From the NCBI RefSeq assembly GCF_009914755.1, contig NC_060939.1: DNA of 64,000 bases. One strand, written 5' to 3'. Numbering within the stretch: the first letter of the stretch is position 1; each line of letters starts with the position of its first letter. The notes under the pieces are model-generated. The model ran no database searches. It worked only from the letters and a program-made list of their open reading frames with translations, and was not told where the DNA came from. Positions 28,680 to 41,380 of this stretch are shown here, piece by piece. The translations under genes and the position numbers were made by a program. This stretch comes from the human T2T-CHM13v2.0 reference genome, Homo sapiens.

Positions 28680-29030
28680 CTGACTATGTTCTTTCCCATG
28701 TGAGCAGAAGAGGTGCACGCCACTTCCAAGTGGCCATAAGACCTCCCAGATGTTCTCCTCTGTGTTCTTCCCCAGGTCCCATGAGCTATACTGATAATGA
28801 CAATGGTGATAGCAACTTTGGAAGCCAGTTAATATTGGAATATGGCAAAGCCACTATCAGCCTGTTTCCTGAGGGAACGCATAGAGCCGAACTTTCTCCC
28901 TGCGCCTACTCCAACAATCTGGAATGTCTGCCTTGGAATATTATGTGAGAAAGAAATAAACATCTCTTGTGTTTGAACCATTATATTTTGGGTCTATTTG
29001 TTACTGCAGTTTGGTCCACCCTGACATAAT
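28680..29030 (+). mobile_element. Old MaLR LTR (MLT1 family) fragment
   Basis: ttatgtgagaaagaaataaacatctcttgtgttt...tttgttactgcag is an MLT1-type 3' end. Confidence 0.7.
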
Positions 29031-30904
29031 CTCAAAGAACTGAGTTTTCTTCTATCAGTCAACTGAGTGACTAGACACCCGAGCACTTACAATTCTGAGT
29101 ACTAATAACTGAGGGAAAGAGAGAATAAGGTGGAAATGCAAACGAAGGTAACATATTGGTAAACTTCCTCCAAACTCTTTTGGAGGTGTCAGCCTCTGCT
29201 ATGTGTATCTCCATTTGAATTTGAAGACAGATTTGGAAATTCTAAGGAGGTATCTGAGGATACAATTTAATTCACAAAAACTTACAGAGAGTGTCCTAAG
29301 TAGTCCAGCTACTGGAAAGGGATGGGATACGAATGCTGGAGAAGAACCCAGCCCTTGCCCTAATGAATTCAGCACATGGTAGAGAGATACATATCAGCAG
29401 TTTATTGTAGGACACGGCCCTCTCTTCCTGTTTGGCTCAGCTGTGTCTCAGCTCTGGGCATACCTTGTTTGATTCTGACTGAAATCGTGAACAGAAGTCT
29501 TCTTATCTCAGAGCAGGGCTTCAGGACACCCTCAGCCTCACACTGGTCTTAATGTTGTGCTTACCAAAGAGCCAGATGCATGTTTCCAGTGACCTTCTAG
29601 AAACAATAGTCCTCTTTATTGGACTCCACAAAAGCAATCAAATACAGTGACCAAACCAGTTCTTGCCTGCCAAGATCCTTGGAGAATACCACCATGCTAA
29701 TGTGGTATAAGAAAGATAAAAACAAAGAGGTTCTAGAAGAGATGATGCTTTTCCTCCACCTTTAGAATTCTCCTTCCAGAGGGGAACTGGGTCTTAGAAA
29801 GAAAACTACTGTTGTCAGCCCAGCACCAGCCATGACTGGCAGAAATGCTACCTGGGCTGGAGAAAGACACTTCCTTCAGTCAGCTGCTAAGGCATCCTTG
29901 TGAACCCCATAGGATGTTTCCAGAGCTTACATTTTAAAACACAAGTAAAGTGTGTGTTGGCAGGCAGCAAATTGTCGAACCTGATCTATAGCCTCTCTGC
30001 ATTCCTGTTAAAATAATCCCCAAAAATAGCCACACCTGGGGGACCCCCACTGCTTTATTCATGGGGGTAGGTGGAGAAGCATGGCCCTCAAGACACACAA
30101 GCTGCCCTCTTGTCTAGAAGAGGACATCTTGCCTCAAGGAAGGCATGAAATCGCCCTTGCCTCACCCATCTACCTCTAATGCTGAGGCACAAGGGCTTCA
30201 CTAGAACTGAGGCAGCCCCTCCCTGCTCCCTGGGGAAGTGATAAATTGCAATCATGCAAATATGTTATGCATCCCATTTCTTAATCTGTGTAAGAGAAAG
30301 AGAATGCAAATGAATGTATCCAGAAGATATTGTGCCTGGATCAAGTGTTTTTTCAATCTCTGTACTCCTGTGAAGTTAGACAGACATCTAAACCCCAGCA
30401 AAGTCATTACCTGGTCTCAGATCCTAACATTCCAGCTAAATGACCTTCTGCTGTAGTTCCCTTAGCTGACATTTTGGCCCACCCAGGCAATAAGCCACAG
30501 GCCCCTCTGAACATCTAGAGAGACCCACCCGTCACCCTCCACCAGCATTCTTCCCCTGATGGAAGCCTTGTGGGCCCCAACACTGAGCTCTGGTTTGCTA
30601 TGCAACCCGCCTCACCCTGCAGGTGTAAACTTGGCAGAGGGATCTGCCCACTCCCAGAAGGCTAGTGATAGAAGCTAAAGAAACTCCATGGACCTTGGGC
30701 TGTTGGAAAATACGAGTCCTGGAGAGAAAATCTTCCTTGCACAAAAGCAAGTAAACCTGGCAGGCAGTTGTGGAATCTGTAGTACTAGCAGAGCAAACTC
30801 TTATCCTGATGACTTAGGTGGGTGAAAGATTTCTAAACATATCCTCATGCAGGAAAACATTCCTGAGAATGTGAAATCCACATGGGCGGGCTTTTTCTTT
30901 CTGT

Positions 30905-31000
30905 CTGTTTTGGAGGCTGGTATGTCCTCAGTGCCCAGAATAGGACTTGGCACCTAGCAGGTGCTCAGTAAATATTTGTGAAATGAATGAATAAGTGAAT
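30905..31000 (+). mobile_element. L2 3' terminus
   Basis: ttggcacctagcaggtgctcagtaaatatttgtgaaatgaatgaa. Confidence 0.75.
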
Positions 31001-31664
31001 AGATAGATTTCTTACAAACTGACAGAAGACCTGTGGAATTATGAAGTTAAAGGGGATGCTTCTTCCTGGAAGCCATATGAAGGCCAGAGGAGACACATGG
31101 AACTCCACTCAGCCTTCGCAAGCTCAGAAGCCTGATTTTCTTTGGCATCCAAAAATGGTAAAAGTCTAAGGCCAAGGTAATCGTTACAAAAGAAAGAAAG
31201 ACTTCTGTCCCACAGGCCATCAGCATGGTCTGCAGAGGGGCCTCCCTGGTGCTTGACCCCCCCGCTCTCTGATCCTCTGAGTTCTGCAGGCCACTCTGGC
31301 ACTCGTGACTCTTCCTCTCTCTTTCTGGGCTGTCCCTATCTGCCAAGCCCCTCAAGAAATATGGACTCCGTGGCAGATGAATGTAGATGCCGGTTCTGGA
31401 GGCTCTTCTGGGTAGACCAGAAGCACCCACCTCCTCCGCTCACACCCTAGGGCACAGCCACCTTCCCCTCTGCCCTTTCCCCTCCCCCAGGCTCTGCTGC
31501 ACTCCACTTTCCCCAGCCTGGCAAGAAGCCCCACCACAAGGAAAGGTGGAGAAAAGTAGCTAAGATTTCCCCTTCTCGAAATGGCCCACAACGCCATTGG
31601 AACTATCCTCTGAGGACAGTTATGAAAGCAGGGTGGGATATTGAAAATAAATAAATAAATAAAT

Positions 31665-31788
31665 GCCAGGCGCGGTGGCTCATGCCTGTAATCCCAGCAC
31701 TTTGGGAGGCTGAGACAGGAGGATCGCTTGAGCACAGGAGCCTGGGCAACAAAGCAAAGCCACATTTCTCAAAAGAAAAAAAAAAAAA
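31665..31788 (+). mobile_element. Alu monomer (FLAM-like), preceded by (TAAA)n
   Basis: Single arm gccaggcgcggtggctc...ggatcgcttgagc...A-tail. Confidence 0.85.
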
Positions 31789-32915
31789 GAACAGTCTTCT
31801 TAAAGACATCTAAGAGGTAACAAGAATAACAAGACAGTGAAGAATGACAGGGCAGAGTCAGTCACAGAGAAGAGAATGCAGGACAGTAAGCCCAGCGCTC
31901 AAAGCCACTGTCGCCTTGAGGCCACTGGTGGATCCAAATGAATGTGCTCATAAATGCACTGCCTGTCTGATGGCTCACAGACAAAAGTCACGGCCCAGCG
32001 CCACCAAAGTTGGGGACCCAAATAGGTCCCCTCATCTCCTTTACACTAACTCTGAAGGGCTATACTCTCAGAATAAGGGTGAGCCTGAAGTAAACCAACC
32101 CTCCATGGACTTGGAACTTAGCTTCATGTTGTCAGGTTGATCCAGGGAAACTCAAGCTGTGAACTTGGATTATGGTGTCCCAGGCTGGTACTGCCAGCAG
32201 CATCTGTCAGAAGAAGAAAAAAGTCTCTGTAAAAATGATAGCAGCATCCCAGGCTTCAAATTATTCCTACGAAGAAAGAGCCATACTCTAAGCCCTTCCC
32301 CACAAGAAACTCTGGCAGGTCACTGCCCCAAAAAGACTTATGGAAGTTGTCCCACAAGGATGGTGTAATACTGTGTGACTCATGAGGCTGGAACAAATGC
32401 AATCCCTCCCCAAACTTCAGGTAGCCCTCACTGTCTATTTTTCTGGGTTGAACTTGAATCCAGCTGCGGGTTCTCTATGAAATCAGTTGTTTCCATGCCA
32501 GAAGCCTCTTCCTGCTAAGTGAAATAAGCAAAAAATACAAATTAGAACCATTAAAACTCATCATCTTTCCTGCCCGCATTTCTTTCCAAGAAGCTTTAAG
32601 AATCTCTTAGCAATCATTTAGTCCAGTCCCAGAGAGGGTATCTAGCCCTGGGGAATTGGCTCCAGGCTCTTTGTTAGTAAGGTTTCCCTCATGATGGACT
32701 TGGGACACATATCACCTCTTGGCCATTTCTCCTGAGCCTCCCTCCTGGTCATCCCTGGCCCCACCCACATCCCTTCCTGTCCCTGTGAATTTGATTCAGT
32801 ACTGACTACGGCCTGAGCTTGTGGGTTACACTGGGCAATCCCTCCATTGTCCCTTAGAGCTCTCGGCACAACCACAAGATTTTTATTTGCCTGATGTCTG
32901 TCTTTTGGTTAGTAT

Positions 32916-33354
32916 TGTAGCAGGAACAGCCGCAGACAAAACTCCTCAGACACCGAGTTAAAGAAGGAAGGGGTTTCTTCGGCTGGGAGCTTTAGCAAGA
33001 CTCCTGTCTCAAGGGCCGAGCTCCCCGAGTGAGCAATTCCTGTCCCTTTTAAGGGCTCACAACTCTAAGGGGGTCCACATGAGAGGGTCGTGATCAAGCA
33101 GGGGGTATGTGACTGGGGGATGCATACACGGGTAATTAGAACAGAACAGGACAGGGATCTTCACAGCGCTTTTTTATGCAAATAACCAATTAGGTCAGGG
33201 GTCCATCTTTAGCTACCAGGCACAGGGTGTGGTGCCAGGCTGTCTGCTTGTGGATTTCATTTCTGCCTTTTAGTTTTTACTTCTTTCTTTGGAGGCAGAA
33301 ATTGGGCATAAGACAATATGAGGGGTGGTCTCTTGATTTAAGGGAGGACCCTTA
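32916..33354 (-). mobile_element. ERV1 solo LTR, LTR2 (HERV-E)
   Basis: Reverse strand reads GAGACCACCCCTCATATTGTCTTATGCCCAATTTCTGCCTCC...CCTGCTACA as in LTR2. 4-bp TSD gtat at 32912-32915 and 33355-33358; inserted in an L2 3' end. Confidence 0.88.
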
Positions 33355-33475
33355 GTATAACCGCCATGGAAGCAGAAACCAAGTCTGTCTTGTCCACTGG
33401 TGTGTTCCCAGTTTCTAGAATTGTTCCTGGCACAGAGTAGGACTCAGACACACATTTTTGAATGAATGAATGAAA
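33355..33475 (+). mobile_element. L2 3' end, split by the LTR2 insertion
   Basis: cctggcacagagtaggactcag...tgaatgaatgaatgaa. Confidence 0.75.
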
Positions 33476-35363
33476 CTTGGGACAGGCAGCCCCAGGGCTT
33501 CCCCCTACCATATCTGCAGGGATGGACTTCCCTTTCCTCCAGCGATCCTGGGAGCCCCTCTCCTTATCTGGCTGCGTTTTCATCTTCTTGTGTGTCCTCC
33601 TTTTGTAGGAGACTTTTCAGGCACCTGAGCCATCTGGCACTTTTAGAGTACTCTTAAAGAGGTAGCAGACTCTATCTTCCTCTCAAAAAAAGCTCCCAGA
33701 GTGACTTAGCGGTGGGCCCTCATACTACCATCATTGTCCCTATCAAAAGTGGTCACTGCCCCACTGCCCAAGTGCAAGACGTAAGGCTTGGCACAAAGAG
33801 AATTAACAGTCCGGTCTGGGCCCATCCTGAAACTGGACCACCCCAGGAAAGGCTGAACCAGGGAGCCATGGAGTGATGTCGCACAGGCATAACCAAGTAC
33901 ATGGGGCATGCCTGAATAGCTGGTGCCTTCTTAAAGAATGCTATTTGCTTGGGTGGGGGTGGGAGAGTTTGACCAGAGCATACGGCAGAAGGTGAGGTCC
34001 CACAGTTCTAATGCGATCTATTCCAAGGCTCAGAGGAGAGGGTGAACTAAACTGCATGAGACAAGCAGACGGATTTTGATTTTTCTTTTTCGGGGGGCGG
34101 GGAGGGTACAGAGGGTTGGCTTGGGAGAAGGGGTGGGAGGAGTCATTGAGTGAGAGGTCGAAGAGTGTGAGCAAAAAGAGCCACGGCAGCAAAAGTTTGA
34201 GGCCGGATGCCAACCTGGGGCTAAGAGAACATTCCAGTGGCAAGGGGGCAGGAAGAATGTTTTTAAAAATACTTGTGTGTGCACGTATGTTTGCCATATA
34301 CAAGGCTGGGTTTCTCCAGAAAATCCCCAGTTCTCCACAATACCAAAACACGACCCCTAAGTATTTCGTGTAGTTGAGTTTTGACTGCATCTTACACCCA
34401 GATGATGGGGTAAACGAGCAGACAGATGTACAGAAGGCAGAAACCAGGAGGCTGTGACGGCCACGCAGTCACAAGCCTCTGAGGAAAGCATGCAAAGTGG
34501 AATTGCATCTGAATTCCCCAGACCTTAAATCCCAAGGGAGCCTGGCACCCAATAGGCAATGTCACCACTTAAAAGTGGAACTTGATTTGGAAGCTGAAAT
34601 GGACCTTGGCTAGAAAGATCCATGCATTGGGAGATCAGAGGGGGAAGCATGGCGCGTTCAGGATGAATTGAAGAAGTTAGCTAGGCAGAAATGCAATGGC
34701 TGTGCCGGAAACCAGTGCAGGAAGAGGCAAGAAGAGCCGGGAGCAGGGTTCAGAGAACCGCAAAGCTAAGTTAAAGAGTTTGGACTTTCAACCTGTTGGC
34801 AATTGGGAACCACCAAAGGTTTGTTTGACCTGGGCCAAATTAGTGCTTGAGAAAAATGCCCCCAAAGAGGTGTCTGAGGGGCCCTAGAGCAGAGCAAAGA
34901 GTGCCTAGAGGCCAAGAGACCAGTTAGGAAACTGCAGGATCTCAGGGCCTGGACAGAAACAGGGGCTGTCGGGGGGAAAGGAAGGACTAAGACTTGGAAT
35001 GGCTGGAGAAGTGATGGGAACCTGTGAGCCTCTCACTGCGGAAGGAGAGGAGAGGAGAGGACAGGCAAAATCCTGAATCAAAGATGATGCAAATGATGCT
35101 GGGAGGAGATTGGAGGGCTGGGGAGCCCTGGAGAGAAGCAGGCGGGGCTTGGGGTATGTCAGCTGGTAGGGAAATCTGCCAGAAAAGCCCTTTGGGAAGA
35201 GAGGCAGGAGGATCTCTTGACTTTCACGCTGCTTTTCTAGAGTGCAAATTTCCTCTGTCCTCTCAAGTGTTCAGAAGTGCCATGCCTTGTTGCTTTGGGC
35301 TAAGAGAGGTCTCTGTGTGTCTCATTGGACAGTGATATGGGGCACACGAAAATGCTCCCTCGG

Positions 35364-36024
35364 AGGTGGCGGGGTCAGCCCCCCGCCCGGCCAGCCGCCC
35401 CGTCCGGGAGGTGAGGGGCGCCTCTGCCCGGCCGCCCCTACTGGGAAGTGAGGAGCCCCTCTGCCCGGCCACCACCCCGTCTGGGAGGTGTGCCCAACAG
35501 CTCATTGAGAACGGGCCATGATGACAATGGTGGTTTTGTGGAATACAAAGGGGGGAAAGGTGGGGAAAAGATTGAGAAATCGGATGGTTGCCGTGTCTGT
35601 GTAGAAAGAGGTAGACATGGGAGACTTTTCATTTTGTTCTGTACTAAGAAAAATTCTTATCCTGTTGATCTGTGACCTTACCCCCAACCCTGTGCTCTCT
35701 GAATCATGTGCTGTGTCCACTCAGGGTTAAATGGATTAAGGGCGGTGCAAGATGTGCTTTGTTAAACAGATGCTTGAAGGCAGCATGCTCGTTAAGAGTC
35801 ATCACCACTCCCTAACCTCAAGTACCCAGGGACACAAACACTGCGGAAGGCCGCAGGGTCCTCTGCCTAGGAAAACCAGAGACCTTTGTTCACTTGTTTA
35901 TCTGCTGACCTTCCCTCCACTATTGTCCTATGACCCTGCCAAATCCCCCTCTGCGAGAAACACCCAAGAATAATCAATAAAAATAAAGAAAAAAATAAAA
36001 AATAAAAATAAAATAAAATAAAAT
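35364..36024 (+). mobile_element. 5'-truncated SVA (end of VNTR, SINE-R, poly-A), SVA_D-like
   Basis: VNTR units cccggccgccccta/ctgggaagtgaggagc, SINE-R cccaacagctcattgagaacgggccatg, (AAAAT)n tail; perfect TSD aaaatgctccctcgg at 35349-35363 and 36025-36039. Confidence 0.97.
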
Positions 36025-37404
36025 AAAATGCTCCCTCGGCAGCCATCCCCATACCCCCTGACTTAGAGCACTTATGAGGGGACCTGAGCCAGGCAGCTCC
36101 CACCTGCCGCCCGTCCTCTTTGCTGGCTCTTCCTTGGGGTCAGACTAAGGACCACCCTGCTGTCCTCCCGACCTGCTGAGAATCCACTCAGCTGCCCATC
36201 TACCCATTTACCTTTTCTCATATACCATGTAGAGCCCCACATACAAAAGGAACCTTACACATCTCAAGAATCCAATGGACAAAAGTCTGCAATTCCTCAT
36301 GGCATCTGCAATCCCCCAACTGCAGGTCTACTGTTCTCATGCACCCGTCTCAGGATTCTTTGCATCGACTTGGAAAGTTTGAACTTGTTGCTTTGTGGAC
36401 ATTGCACTCGAGGGCTTCAGAATACTTTTCTTCCTCTCCTCTGCATCTATACCTCTCTTGGGCCAATTTCTGTCACTGCCCAGCTAGTTTCCAAATACAG
36501 TGCGCCACTGCCATCATTCCCCTGTATAGTGATTATTTGGCCTAAAGCTCATCTTTCTATAGCCGAGAGTGAACCCCAATCTCACACATGAGTACATGCA
36601 GCATCTTTCTATGTGTGTTAACTTCCCCCTGGGCCCTGGTCTTTCCTTGATGCACTGGCTGCTGGGGAGCCCAGCAGTGCCTGTTTTCCCTGTGACCTAC
36701 CCATCACACTTGACAGGCAGGACATCATGGCAAGACTTCCTCTCTGCCAATCTGTCCTGCAAGACCAGGCAGGCCCTGCAGGATACACTCCGTCCTCCTC
36801 AATGACTAGACCATTTTCTTTCGGAATAAAGCTGTTTTTTCACCTGTTGGCTGCTGAGAAAGAAAGGACACTCTGTAGTATTTTTTGAAGTCTCTTCCAC
36901 TCATCAGAAAGACCCAGCCAAATATCTGAGTGGGCTTACGACTTACCATCCTGTCAAACTAGGTGGCCCTTCCTCAGACATCAGGACCATCTTCTGGCAT
37001 CTGCCATCCTGGAAACCCTCTTCCTCCAAATAGAAATTTGCCACCCCATCCAAGTCTCCTCCAGGGTGGGTGACATCCTCACGTGGGCCTTCCTGGCCTT
37101 GGGTATCTGGAATTGTCTGCAGGTTCGCATGTGTGATCCCCCAGCCAGGGCATGTGTGTCTGGTCACTGTGATTTTAATACAGGGGTTATCTGAGAGGTG
37201 CTGCAGAAGAGAGGGGGATTGGGGGACAGACAAAACCCCGAATCAAAGATGATGTGAATGACCCTGGGAGAAGAGTGGAGGGCTGGGGAACCCTGGAGAG
37301 AAGCAGGTAGGGCAGGGGCTACTCAGGGCTGTGGCCTACACCTCCAGGGCTAGAAATCAGAAGCTGGAAGTAGGGTGTAGAAAAAAAAAGTAGCCTAAAA
37401 GTGT

Positions 37405-37560
37405 CACTCTTTAAGATGTGCTTCCTAGCCCAGCGGCACCAGCAACTCCTGGGAGCTTGTTGGAAATGCAGAGTCTCAGACAGCAGATCCACTGAATCAG
37501 AACATGGCATGTTCCATCCAGGCTCCCGAGGTGACTTCCGAGATGTTTCCACACTACCTT
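37405..37560. mobile_element. MER5A-like hAT DNA transposon
   Basis: cctgggagcttgttggaaatgcagagtctcag...actgaatcagaa. Confidence 0.75.
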
Positions 37561-39469
37561 AACTTAGGCTCCGCGGGCCTCCTGCAGTCGCTGCTGGGCT
37601 GGTTGGTGGCATCCCTACACCTGGCTCCTCCCACTGGGGCCCCTGGTGCTCTGGCCCTGGGCCTCTGACACCCAACACCCTGTCAAAGAATCCCCAGCAG
37701 GGGAGCCTCCTCCCCACAGCTTGCGTAGGCCCTGCTGGGGCCTCCAGACCGAGAAACACGCAGCTGAACCCCCACGGCAGAGGCCACACTGGGTCTGACC
37801 ATCCAGTTGGGGTCACCGCCCTACACAATGTTTCCCGGTCCCCCTCAGGGTGACGTTGCAGGGTTTGACTCTTGGGTCCCTTGCTCAGTGAGCTTACAGT
37901 GCTTCCCTTGAAAGGCACTGTGCTGTGAACCTGCGGCTTATTTACAGACGTGTCCAAATCCGTTCTCTGGTCCTGCGTGCAGTGGCCACGCCCTTCATAG
38001 TCTGAACGTGGGTGACTGTGTATACCTGATATGCCCCAGATATCCTCCTCTGAGGCGGGCAGGAAAGCCACGAGACACAGGTATAGAAGGAAGAACTGCA
38101 GGGAGAAGCAGCCAGTGCCCTCCCACAGACACCTGCTTAGGGCTCCAGGACAGATGAGCAGCCTCAGAGACGGTGTTCCCTCCCGTGGAGAAGATGGTTG
38201 CAATTCATATGAACTCTCCAAGCCCACGTGTCCTTGGGTATGGAACAAGGACGCTGAACTCCTTGATCTCCAAGGGCCCCTCCAGGGTGAACGCCCACTC
38301 TAGAAACTTCCTCGTTGTCATCCTGCCCAACAGGGTCCTGTCCCTGGGTACAGACTTTCAGGTTGGAACTTTCCAGGCTCTAGGATCTTGTCCAGAGGAT
38401 GACTATTACTACCTCAGAAAAAAGATACATAAAACTCTGACAAATGATGTAGACTCAGACACAAGCGGCATCCAAAGGCAGTGGTGCCGGGCCAATTAGA
38501 CACCTGCGAGCAAATAAAATTGAATCCATACCCCACGTGATGGCTGCTTCAGGGACAGGGTTCAGGAAGACTCACTGCACGTCAGGGTCACTGGGGGACT
38601 TGTAGCCTGCAGTGGTTGGGGGAAAGCCAGTGGGGTTTGGTAGGCTTGTTGTGGTCAAGGAACTTCAGCTCACATTGCCCACTGGGCCCTCGTTTGACAG
38701 GCTCCCCGTGGGCAGCAGCTGCCTTTTGTGGGCTCTGCTCAAATGACGCAAGGACAGTCACTGAGCTTCTCTCTGCCAGGGGAGGGGAGAACACAGGTCA
38801 GAACTGCACATACTCTGGTCCTGATCGCTGGGCTTGGCAGGGAGCAGGCGCTCCCTGGTTGCCATGCAGAAACAATGACGGGTCACAGCAAGTGGGGCCC
38901 AGCGCCTAGGCGGGCTGAATCCTTCTGTTAAGGTTCAGACTGAAAGAGTGAAAGGGGGTCCAAGGGGAGGAACAAGGGGGAGGAAAGGAGACTACCCGGA
39001 ATCTGAGCTCTTGGGAGCCAGGTCAGACCCCAAGGCCTCTCCCTTTGCACTTCTCCATGAGGCCTCTCTCGTCCGTAGCTTTTGCCAATACAGGTTGGAG
39101 ACGGGTCGCTCAGTAGTGCAATCCCACAAAAGACAATGGGAAGGCTGTCTCTTAAAAGGCCATTTTAAATATTAATGGTCATGGGGAAATACTCATAAAA
39201 TTAACTGAAAAAATCAGGTCAGATGACCCACTTTTGTAGAGGAAACAATGGCAAGGCACACACAAGGCCAGAGGTCACTCTTTGTCCAGGTAGAGTCAGT
39301 CCCTCTCTTCTCAGGCATCGGATGCCCCATGTCCCTATCACAGCACTTTATTCTCTGTCATCCCTGGCAGTGATGTATCCTGGTCCTCCCCAGATTCACT
39401 TTATTGAGCCTTCCAATTAGCACAGTGCCTGGTACAATAGGAGTTCAATACATGTTTGCAAATGAGTGA

Positions 39470-39775
39470 GTGAAGGATGGATGGATGGGTGGGAAGGAGG
39501 GGAGGAGAGAGAGAACGGAGAGGGAGAGAGGGAGGGAGAGAAAGAGGAAGAGGGGAGAAGGAAGGAAGGAGGGAGGAGGAAGGGAGAGGGAGGGAGGGAG
39601 GGAAGGTGAGGAGAGAGGAGAAGGAAGGGAGAGAGTGAGGGAGGGAAGTGGGGAAAGGGGAGAAGGAAGAAAGGAGGGAAGGAAGGGAGGAAGAGACAAA
39701 GGGAGGGAGGGAGGAAGGGAGGGAGGAAGAGAGGGAGGAAGGGAGGGAAGGAGGGAGGGAGGCAGGGAGGGGAAA
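39470..39775. repeat. GA-rich polypurine low-complexity tract
   Basis: Near-continuous GGA/GGAG/GGAA, following an L2 3' end at ~39340-39470. Confidence 0.95.
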
Positions 39776-40390
39776 AGTTCAGAGAGAAACCTACCAAAAT
39801 GCTAATCAGGGTTATGATCTAGATACCTTATTTTATCTTCTTTATAATTACCTGTCTTCCAAGTTTTCACCAGTTAAAAGATCACTTTTATAATAAATAT
39901 ACTTTTTATCAAAACTCTGCTATTTGATTTAAATCCATTTGAAATGGTTTATCATAACTCCAAGTCCTATTTTTAACTAATGAATCTAGAAGACACTGGA
40001 ATTAGTTCATGTCTATCAAAGTGTCAAGTCTTGAACCAACATTGGGACACATGATCTGACAGTTTCCTAAATGCTCATTAAAGAAATGGGACTATTTGGA
40101 ATCAAGGTGCCCCACAAATCTAAACAAGACCCCCACATCTAAGGACGAAGGGGAGCACAGGTCCTCCCCTTAGGGAAGATGACAGCTGCATTGGGGACGT
40201 GGACAGTAACCCTTAAGATGGTGGGCCTGTGTCACCCAAAGTTGCCACCTCTAAAGTGCCCATAATAAAGGTGGCAAGAGGGACATCTCAGAGGGAGATC
40301 TCAGACATTCTACTGAGTATAATATTCCATCCAGCCCAACTTTGCTTCCCTGAAGCTGAATTCATTCTGCTTTTAAGAAATGGATATTGT

Positions 40391-40695
<305 letters not shown>

Positions 40696-41149
40696 CTATG
40701 CAGGTAAACAAAAAAGCCCTTCTGCGGCCTCCTCTCCACCTTTATCCTCCTCTCCTCTAGCCAGAGATACATCCATGGGCCCCACTCCCCCAAGCACCAG
40801 TCACCACCAATCTCTTAGCCCCAAGCAAGAGAACAGCCTCAGGGGACCCCCATGCCTTAGCACTCTCTCTGGGCCTCTGTAATCTCACACAACTTTGTAG
40901 CTCTCACAGGGCCTAGAGCTGAGGGACCTGGTTGGGATCAGTGCCCACCCTTCTGCAAGGCTGGCCCTGACCTTAGGCCAAGTCCCAGCACTGGGTGGCA
41001 ATGTAGCACTGTGGGTAGCACCCAGGCCTCCAAGCAGCAGACAGACCACTGCTGGCAAGGGATCTGGGTGCGTTTATTACCAAAGCCTTGGTTTCCTAGC
41101 TTGACAAGTAAACATCCCAACAGAGAAGCTACTTTGTACTGTTGCTGGG

Positions 41150-41380
41150 CACATTAATGCATTAGTGCTATGCGCCTGGCAGTGCTTTAAAGACATTAAA
41201 ACATCCAATTCATAATATCCAGATGAGGTAGGTACTGCTGTTGTTTCTCTTTTACAGATAGAGAGAGGGCATCACAGAGAGGTTAACAGATGTGCCTAAG
41301 GCCACACAAGTGGGAAATGTTAGAACCAGGATTCCAGCCCAGGCAGTCTGGCTCCAGAGTCCAAGCTGGTCTTACCATGC
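41150..41380 (-). mobile_element. MIR
   Basis: ttttacagat...agaggttaac...cccaggcagtctggctccagagtcc is antisense MIR. Confidence 0.85.

Noticed and set aside
37559-38248. Longest ORF (229 aa, minus strand)
   Set aside because: No recognisable homology or domain; consistent with chance in GC-rich DNA.
39417-39893. G/R/E-rich and P/S/L-rich ORFs
   Set aside because: Translations of the polypurine tract.
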